DNA of 64,000 nucleotides from Candidatus Methanosuratincola verstraetei (GTDB lineage Archaea; Thermoproteota; Methanomethylicia; Methanomethylicales; Methanomethylicaceae): NCBI GenBank assembly GCA_049570475.1, contig CP186953.1, positions 1,376,001 to 1,440,000 of the forward strand, read 5' to 3'. Shown piece by piece: positions 57,277 to 64,000 of this stretch (position 1 is its first letter; each line of letters starts with the position of its first letter). The notes under the pieces were generated by a model. It saw only the letters and a program-made list of their open reading frames with translations, ran no database searches and was not told where the DNA came from. The position numbers and the translations under genes were made by a program.

Positions 57277-58461
57277 TCAGAGCTTCCTCGCGAACTCCCT
57301 CCCGAATTCCACGCACCTCTTCAGCTCCTCCTCGGTGGGGACCCAGTTGAGCTTGAGCGCGGGCATCACGATCTCCATCCCTGCAGCCTTCAGCGCAGCC
57401 TCGATCTCGTCGGTCGCGCCGCCCATCCATCCGTAGGACCCGAAAGCCGCGGCCTTTCTCCCCTTCGGCTTGAGCCCCTTAACGTCGGTCAGGAAAGGCG
57501 CCAGGGTCGGGAGTATCCCGTTGTTGATCGTGGATGACCCGACGAGAAGGCCCCTCGCCTCCAAGATGTCACCGATTATGTCGCTGGCGTCCGAGTAAGG
57601 GAACCTGTATATCCTTGCCTCCACCCCCTCGGATCTTATGCCCTCAAGAATCGCCCTGGCCATCTTCTCAGTGCTCCCCCACATGGTGTCGTAGGCTATG
57701 ATCACCCGCTTCTCTGTGGTATTGGTTGCCCACTTCATGTATGCCTGGACTATCTTCATCGGGTCCCTCCGCCAGATGATCCCGTGGCTCGGGGCGATCA
57801 TGTTTATGGGGATTTTCATCCCGACGATCTCCTCGATCTTCTTCTTCACGAGAGGGCCCAGCGGCAGGAGTATGTTCGCGTAGTACTTGGCCGCCTCCTC
57901 CATCAGGACGTGCTGGTCGACCTCGTCGTCGAACCTCCATGAGCTCGCGAGGTGCTGTCCGAACGCGTCGTTCGGCAGTAGCAGCCCGTCCTCCTTGACG
58001 TAAGTGAACATGCTGTCGGGCCAGTGCAGCATCGCAGCCTCGATGAACATCAGCGTCCTCTTACCCAGCTTGAGCTCGTCCCCGGTCTTCACCGTCTGGA
58101 AGTCCATTCTGCAGAAGAAGTGCTTCTCGAGCCCTGACTTGCACTTGGCGGTGCCGAATACCTTTGCGTTCGGGACTATTTTCAGCAGTTCAGGGAGCGC
58201 GCTCGAGTGGTCCGACTCCACATGGTTCATCACGATATAGTCTATCTTGGACGGATCCACCACTTCGCTTATCCTCTCCAGCATCTCCGCCGAGAAGGGT
58301 TTCAACACTGTGTCGACGAGTGCGATCTTCTCGTCAACGATGAGATATGCGTTGTAGCTCGTCCCCCTGTGGGTCGTGTACGAGAAGCCGTGGAAGTTCC
58401 TTATGTCCCAGTCGACCGCCCCGACCCAGTATATCCCGTCTTTCACTTCAATCTTCGACAA
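57277..58461 (-). CDS. fprA: Flavodiiron protein (FprA)
   Basis: 'GTSYNAY', 'NHVESDH', 'HWPDSM', 'DAFGQH', 'PSHG', flavodoxin 'YDTMWGST', 'FGSYGW'; TTG start 58461. Confidence 0.93.
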   Translation of the reverse strand: MSKIEVKDGIYWVGAVDWDIRNFHGFSYTTHRGTSYNAYLIVDEKIALVDTVLKPFSAEMLERISEVVDPSKIDYIVMNHVESDHSSALPELLKIVPNAKVFGTAKCKSGLEKHFFCRMDFQTVKTGDELKLGKRTLMFIEAAMLHWPDSMFTYVKEDGLLLPNDAFGQHLASSWRFDDEVDQHVLMEEAAKYYANILLPLGPLVKKKIEEIVGMKIPINMIAPSHGIIWRRDPMKIVQAYMKWATNTTEKRVIIAYDTMWGSTEKMARAILEGIRSEGVEARIYRFPYSDASDIIGDILEARGLLVGSSTINNGILPTLAPFLTDVKGLKPKGRKAAAFGSYGWMGGATDEIEAALKAAGMEIVMPALKLNWVPTEEELKRCVEFGREFARKL

Positions 58462-58592
58462 ATCAGATCCCTGCAACCATAATGGGCGCCCGATCTGAAA
58501 TCCTTTTTCCATTCGGCACCAGCGCATTGCATCTTCGAATAAAGTAATATCTAGGGTGCGGGATACTCAGAGTAGGATGGCTGGGAATCGCG

Positions 58593-60131
58593 ATGGTTGA
58601 GGCTCTCTCCCCGGAAGAGATAAGGGCAATAGACATGAATGCCGAGTTCCTCGGCGTGAGCAGGCTCCAGCTGATGGAGAACGCCGGGAAAGGCGTGGTT
58701 GATGTTATTGGTGCTGCGGGGGCACTCTCAGGCAAGTCCGTCCTCGTGCTGGCGCACACCGGCAACAAGGGCGGTGACGGCTTCGTCTCTGCCAGGCACG
58801 CCGCCTCGATGGGCGCCCGGGTGACGGTCGTGCTCCTTGCCAAGCCCGACCAGATCATCACGGAGGAGGCCCGCGCCAATTTCCTTGCGGTCTCGAAGAT
58901 GCGACACTCTATAACCGTCCTCACGGCGCCGACCGAGTCCGAGCTCGCCCTCCTTGAGGGCCTCTTCTGTTCGGCTGACATAATCATCGACGCGATGCTG
59001 GGCACTGGGGCGAGGGGCGTACTGAGGGAGCCTGTGAGGACTGCCGTCAGGATGGCGAACTCGGCGAAGGCGTTGAAGGTCGCGATAGACGTCCCGACGG
59101 GCATCGACTCCGGGACCGGGGAGGTGATGGGGGACGCCTTCAGGGCAGACCTCACGGTCACGCACCATAAGCCGAAGTCCGGCATAGTGAAGGACATCGC
59201 GAGGGGTTATGTGGGCGACCTGAAGACGATAAGCATTGGGGTCCCCCCAGAGGCTGAGATATTCGCCGGACCCGGGGACATATCCCTCGCGCTCCCCCCG
59301 AGGAGGCTCCACTCGCACAAGGGTGAGAACGGGCGCCTGCTCGTGATCGGTGGATCTTCCAGATACACCGGGGCGCCTGCGCTCGCGGCGATGGCAGCGC
59401 TGAGGACAGGGATTGACCTCGCTGTGGTAGCGGTCCCGCGCTCCATCGCACGGGAGGTGAGGTGCTACTCCCCGGACCTGATCGTGCTGCCGCTAAATTC
59501 AGAGGATCACCTCTCTGCGGAGTCAATACCGCAGATATCCGGGGAGATCGCCAGGGCTGACGCGGTCGTGATTGGGATGGGGCTGGGCGAAGATCCGGAG
59601 ACTGCTGATTCCGTCCTCGAGATCGTGGGGCTTCTCTCCAAGGCAGGTGTTCCGGCGGTAATCGACGCCGACGCGATAAAGGCGCTGGGCAGGTCCCCCG
59701 GGGCTGTGCGGGGCACAAAGTCGGTCCTCACGCCCCACGCTGGAGAGTTCCTAGCCCTGACAGGAGTTCGACTCCCGGAGGAGAAGGAGGAGGGGTGGAG
59801 GGACCGCCTCCCGATCGTGATGGAGTGGGCCTCAAAGCTGGGGGTCACGATACTGCTCAAGTCGAGGTACGACGTGGTATCGGACGGCTTCAGGTACAGG
59901 GTGAAGAACATCGGGAACCCTGGCATGACAGTCGGCGGCACCGGCGATGTGCTAGCGGGAGTCACGGGGGCTCTCCTAAGCAGGGGGGCTGAGCCATTCA
60001 GGGCGGCCGTTGCTGCCTCTTTCATAAACTCCTATGCAGGGGACCTGCTCGAGGAGGAGTTGGGGCAGCGGTTCACTGCCCGCGACTTGGTGGATGCCCT
60101 GCCTTATGCACTAAAGAAATTCGGGCACTGA
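58593..60131 (+). CDS. nnr: Bifunctional NAD(P)H-hydrate epimerase/dehydratase
   Basis: 'LMENAG', 'GNKGGDG', 'DAMLGTG', 'DVPTG', 'HKGENG', 'TPHAGEF', 'GGTGDVLAG'. Confidence 0.93.
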   Translation: MVEALSPEEIRAIDMNAEFLGVSRLQLMENAGKGVVDVIGAAGALSGKSVLVLAHTGNKGGDGFVSARHAASMGARVTVVLLAKPDQIITEEARANFLAVSKMRHSITVLTAPTESELALLEGLFCSADIIIDAMLGTGARGVLREPVRTAVRMANSAKALKVAIDVPTGIDSGTGEVMGDAFRADLTVTHHKPKSGIVKDIARGYVGDLKTISIGVPPEAEIFAGPGDISLALPPRRLHSHKGENGRLLVIGGSSRYTGAPALAAMAALRTGIDLAVVAVPRSIAREVRCYSPDLIVLPLNSEDHLSAESIPQISGEIARADAVVIGMGLGEDPETADSVLEIVGLLSKAGVPAVIDADAIKALGRSPGAVRGTKSVLTPHAGEFLALTGVRLPEEKEEGWRDRLPIVMEWASKLGVTILLKSRYDVVSDGFRYRVKNIGNPGMTVGGTGDVLAGVTGALLSRGAEPFRAAVAASFINSYAGDLLEEELGQRFTARDLVDALPYALKKFGH

Positions 60132-60279
60132 TTAAATCCTAATCTTTAAGTACCGCCGCTCCGTTAGAAAAAGATTAAAAAGTCTTTAGAAAAATTATTT
60201 TTATTTAAAAAATGATGGTAAAGCTTCCGCCGTACTGATCGTTGTATTAGCTGTGGCATTCAGGTTGAGGTGATGCGAG

Positions 60280-60741
60280 ATTAGCGGGAAGAAAATAACA
60301 CTTACAGCTGCAATCGCAATTGTGATCCTGGTCTTGGGTGGGCTAGCCTATTACGAGTCCATGAAAAGAGAGGCATTAAAGTCATGTGAGGTGAAATTAG
60401 CCGACGTGCATGTGAAGAGCATAGGTCTTGCGAGCGCGACGTTGGAGGTAAGTCTGAGTATATACAACCCTAACAGCATAACTGCCACCCTAGACAGGGT
60501 GACCTACTCACTCTATGCGAATGGCATTTACCTGGGCGACGGGACACTCTCCAGGACCGACATCCCGCCTGGCAGTACAATAACTGTATCAGCGCCATTC
60601 ACACTGTCCTACTCCGGAGCGCTCTCTGTATTATGGTCTCGCTTCACAACGGGAGGGGAAGTGACCTGGAGAGTAAAAGGGACTGCGTACTTCGACACGC
60701 CGTTAGGATCATTAACTACACCGTTTGATATCGTAATATAA
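60280..60741 (+). CDS. LEA_2 / WHy domain membrane-anchored protein (probable ATT start)
   Basis: 'LSIYNPN', 'YSLYANGIYLGDG'; anchor KKITLTAAIAIVILVLGGLAYY is complete only from ATT 60280. Confidence 0.8.
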   Translation: MSGKKITLTAAIAIVILVLGGLAYYESMKREALKSCEVKLADVHVKSIGLASATLEVSLSIYNPNSITATLDRVTYSLYANGIYLGDGTLSRTDIPPGSTITVSAPFTLSYSGALSVLWSRFTTGGEVTWRVKGTAYFDTPLGSLTTPFDIVI

Positions 60742-60860
60742 TTCTACTTTTTGTTGAACCTGTTTTACTACTACATCACTCTCTAGGATCCTCCATGTAA
60801 AATTATCAAATCTCAATCGAAGCCGATTAATTTTATCGTTGGTATCCTAGAAAAAAAATT

Positions 60861-61373
60861 TTAGAACTTCTTGAACTTCTCCTTCGGGGCGCCGCAGACT
60901 GGGCACTTGTCTGGGACCTGCCCGTTGGTGGTGTAGCCGCAAACAGGGCAGATGTAAACGTCGCCCAACTGTATGTCTTTGCCTTCATCAACGGTCTGCT
61001 TAGCCTTGGTGTACATCGCCTCGTGGATCTTCTCCGCCTGGAGCGCGTAGTTGGTGGATCTTACAGCCCCCTTCTCTCCCTGCAGCTCAGCCACAGCCTT
61101 GAAGGCAGGGTACATCTCGTTCACCTCGTAGTTCTCCCCGTTGATGCAGCTCTCGAGGTTCTCCCTCGTCTCCCTCAGCATGCCAAGCTCGTTCGCATGG
61201 TTCCTCGCGTGCACGAGCTCCGCATAGGCGATCGCCCTGAAGAGCCTTGCCGTGTTGCTAAGCCCTTCTTCCTCAGCAATGTCGGCGAAGAGCATATATT
61301 TCATGTGGGCCTGGCTCTCCCCTGAGAATGCTGCTTTCAAGTTCTCCTCAGTCATCTTCCTCATATCCAGCAC
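60861..61373 (-). CDS. rbr: Rubrerythrin
   Basis: 'AFSGESQA', 'ELVHA', 'ENYE', 'EKIH', C-terminal CPVCGY...CPVCG. Confidence 0.95.
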   Translation of the reverse strand: MLDMRKMTEENLKAAFSGESQAHMKYMLFADIAEEEGLSNTARLFRAIAYAELVHARNHANELGMLRETRENLESCINGENYEVNEMYPAFKAVAELQGEKGAVRSTNYALQAEKIHEAMYTKAKQTVDEGKDIQLGDVYICPVCGYTTNGQVPDKCPVCGAPKEKFKKF

Positions 61374-61466
61374 CTCTTGGTAATTATCATACTCAAATAT
61401 TTAAGCCATTTTCAGCTTTGCTTAACAAAAGTTCACCAAAAAAGAATTGGAGGGTCTGGGCTTGAC

Positions 61467-61631
61467 CTACTCTGTTATCTCCTCGAACATGTCCTTCGAG
61501 GCGCCACATGCCGGGCAGACCCAGTCGTCAGGTATGCTCTCGAATGGCGTGCCTGGCTTTATTCCCCCGTCCGGATCGCCCTTCTCAGGGTCGTATATGT
61601 ATCCGCAGACTGTGCATCTCCACTTTTTCAA
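61467..61631 (-). CDS. Rubredoxin (54 aa, not in ORF track)
   Basis: [54 protein letters not shown]; TTG start after GGGGTG. Confidence 0.97.
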   Translation of the reverse strand: MKKWRCTVCGYIYDPEKGDPDGGIKPGTPFESIPDDWVCPACGASKDMFEEITE

Positions 61632-61830
61632 AAGGACACCCCTTGGTTTGGATCGCTCTGAGAATGAGATCGGTTCCCGAAGTCTTAAGCATTATCTTCA
61701 GCTTTTTATCCCAGATGATCCCCGCCGCATTTGCGATCCTCCGGGTGCAGCGAGGAGGAGCAGCCAATCTCTTAAGCTATATATCTCAAGCCCGCAGATA
61801 ATTTGACAATCATGTGAAGGGCTGAGCTGG

Positions 61831-63159
61831 ATGGGCTTCAACCGAAAGACCGCGCTTGGAAACCGTGATGGTGGAAAAAGCAGGGGCAGCCTCGCCCTGA
61901 TTGTGTTCTCGGTCATGTCCGTGCTCTACTTCTTCTCGATCCTCCACAGGGTCGGGATCGCCGTGATATCATTCGACATAATGAGGGAGTTCAACACAGA
62001 CGCATCGCTCCTCGGCCTAATGTCCTCAACCTATTTCTTCCCGTATGCAATCGCCCAGCTCCCGGTCGGGATACTCCTGGACCGGATCGGCGTGAGGAAG
62101 ACCGTGGTCTCTCTTGCAGCCGTAGCCTGCCTGGGCAGCCTGATATTCTCAACCGGGAACTCCTTGCTTGTCCTCTCTTTGGGCAGGGCGCTGGTCGGGT
62201 TCGGCGTCGGCGGTTTTTACGTCTCCGCCCTTAAGGCTATAGCGATCTGGTTTGGCCCAAGGCGCTTCGCCACGCTCGCCGGGCTCCTCACCTCGCTCGG
62301 CAATGTCGGGGGCATCGTCGCGACCTCCCCGCTCGCGCTCCTGACGCTGGCAATTGGCTGGAGGGGCACGTTCCTGATCATAACCGCCCTGATGGTAGCC
62401 TTCGCAGCCATAGCGTGGTTCACAATATCGGGGGACGAAGGTGAATCTTTCAAGAGCGGATCCAGCGTGGTAGCCGACCTAAGGGAGATCTTCAGCAACA
62501 GGTCTTTCCTGCTGCTTGCGATAATTCCTTTCTTCGTCTATGGCTTCTTCATCAGCTTCCAGGGGCTCTGGGGAGGTCCATTCCTGATGGACGTCTACGG
62601 GATGGACAAGGCTGCGGCTGGTTTTTACCTGATGTTCATTGCGATCGGCTTCACCATCGCGGGGCCCACAGGCGGCTTCATCTCTGACCGCTTCCTGATG
62701 AGGCGAAAGCCGGTCATGGTCGCTGGCATCGTGATCGGTCTGGCCTTCTGGTCCATTTTGGCTACTGTTGGCGGCTCCATGAGTCCGTGCCTGATCGCCT
62801 CGTCGTTCTTCCTGCTCGGCTTCGGCTTCGGCTTTGCCAACATCTACATGACGATCTCCAAGGAGATGTTCGGATCGAGGATCTCTGGGACCTCGATGGC
62901 CGCGATCAACCTCTTCAACTTCATGGGGGCTGGCTTCTTCCAGTACTTTATGGGCTTCATGCTCGACACCTTCGAGTCTGGCGCGAGGACGTTCCCCGCG
63001 TATCAGGCGATATTCCTTATGTGCGTGGCATTCATGGCCGTCTCGCTCGTACTCGGGGTGCTGAGCAGGGAGACATTCGGCGGGAAGGGGGGTGCTGGCG
63101 CTGATACGGTCCGTTCTGGCAGTTCGGGCATGCAGCATCGTAACCCTCCAGCGCCCTGA
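61831..63159 (+). CDS. MFS transporter
   Basis: 'GILLDRIGVRK', 'QGLWGGPFLMDVYG', 'GFISDR'. Confidence 0.9.
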   Translation: MGFNRKTALGNRDGGKSRGSLALIVFSVMSVLYFFSILHRVGIAVISFDIMREFNTDASLLGLMSSTYFFPYAIAQLPVGILLDRIGVRKTVVSLAAVACLGSLIFSTGNSLLVLSLGRALVGFGVGGFYVSALKAIAIWFGPRRFATLAGLLTSLGNVGGIVATSPLALLTLAIGWRGTFLIITALMVAFAAIAWFTISGDEGESFKSGSSVVADLREIFSNRSFLLLAIIPFFVYGFFISFQGLWGGPFLMDVYGMDKAAAGFYLMFIAIGFTIAGPTGGFISDRFLMRRKPVMVAGIVIGLAFWSILATVGGSMSPCLIASSFFLLGFGFGFANIYMTISKEMFGSRISGTSMAAINLFNFMGAGFFQYFMGFMLDTFESGARTFPAYQAIFLMCVAFMAVSLVLGVLSRETFGGKGGAGADTVRSGSSGMQHRNPPAP

Positions 63160-63425
63160 AAGAACCGATCAAAGCCCCCCAAACACTCTCTCTCCTGATC
63201 GCTTATTGTGCGGGTTATCGTCTGGCTTCTTGCTGACGCTGGCTGCACTGCGCCCATCCGCGTCCCAAGGAAATCTTCCAGGATTCTGCCGGCTTCATAA
63301 AGTGGGAGCCGGGTCTAGGGATTCCGACCAGCATGTAGTCCATGCTGAAGCCGATCCCCCGCCCGCGCACGGCCTTAAAAAAGATAAAAGCCATCGCGCC
63401 CATCACTATATGGGGGTCATGCTTT

Positions 63426-63938
63426 TTGGCAAGGGTTCTCGTCGTAGTTGCTGAGAAGGGCTTCAGGGACGAGGAGTTCGACGTGCCTTACAAGGCTTTC
63501 AAGGCAGCAGGGCACGAGGTTACCGTGGCGAGCACGGGCCCTGGGGTGGCTGAGGGTAAGCTTGGGATGCGGGTCAAGCCTGACACCACGGTGGACGCCG
63601 TGGACCCGTCGAAATTCGACGCAGTGGTGATCGCAGGGGGTCCGGGGTCGCCTACCTACCTTTGGCCGAACAGGAAGCTCCACGAGATACTCCGGGGCGT
63701 AAGCGGAAAGGGAGGCGTCGTCGCTGCGATCTGCCTGGCGCCGGTGGCGCTTGCGAGGGCCGGCCTCTTGAGCGGGAGGAGGTGCACGGTCTTCAGGACG
63801 CCTGATTCAGTACAGGAAATCGAGGCGGCAGGGGGCAGGCTGCAGAAGGATCACGTTGTAGTGGACGGCAAAGTAGTGACCGGCGACGGCCCTGACGCTG
63901 CAAAAGCATTTGCCGAAGCAGTCCTCAGGCTCCTCTAG
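63426..63938 (+). CDS. DJ-1/PfpI family protein
   Basis: 'GFRDEE', 'FDAVVIAGG', nucleophile 'AAICLAP', 'VVVDGKVVTGDGP'. Confidence 0.92.
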   Translation: MARVLVVVAEKGFRDEEFDVPYKAFKAAGHEVTVASTGPGVAEGKLGMRVKPDTTVDAVDPSKFDAVVIAGGPGSPTYLWPNRKLHEILRGVSGKGGVVAAICLAPVALARAGLLSGRRCTVFRTPDSVQEIEAAGGRLQKDHVVVDGKVVTGDGPDAAKAFAEAVLRLL

Positions 63939-64000
63939 CCCTTCATAATTATTTTTTTTAACAAAAACCCAAAAGCAATCCGCGGGCACGCGCCCGCGCC

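Noticed and set aside
1-64000. CRISPR array, tRNA/rRNA genes, IS elements
   Set aside because: No regularly spaced repeats, cloverleaf or rRNA signatures, or transposase ORFs seen by eye.

Overview
Archaeal chromosomal window, about 55-62% GC by eye. Archaeal origin is indicated by BRE/TATA promoters, GGTGA-type ribosome-binding sites, a TrmB regulator and an archaeal AAA ATPase. The gene content fits an anaerobe such as a Methanomethylicales/Verstraetearchaeota-like lineage, but the taxonomy is inference. Two accessory loci stand out. (1) At 1-6.2 kb is a capsid-less contractile tail operon (sheath, tube, a chaperone pair split at an A9 run, tape-measure-like protein, tube initiator with an E/K/G-rich tail, hub, spike), which runs off the left edge; it is a candidate archaeal tailocin/eCIS. 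(2) At about 36.4-43.5 kb is a very AT-rich island with a Dam-family N6-adenine methyltransferase convergent on a tightly coupled five-gene operon: NurA-like nuclease, HerA ATPase, a 49-aa protein, a hook-less Rad50/SMC-like ABC ATPase and a winged-helix-like protein. It has no Mre11 and is flanked by a 17-bp direct repeat; this is the best candidate for an undescribed defence system. The rest encodes transport, stress and repair functions: Na+-decarboxylase subunits, an ActP/DUF294/exonuclease cluster, class II photolyase, split LigD modules, FprA, rubrerythrin and rubredoxin, CimA, Nnr, and ABC/MFS transporters. Several genes appear to need non-canonical start codons (ATT, CTG, ACG). No rRNA, tRNA, CRISPR array, transposase or integrase was recognised. 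All protein calls come from motif recognition by eye, not database searches.
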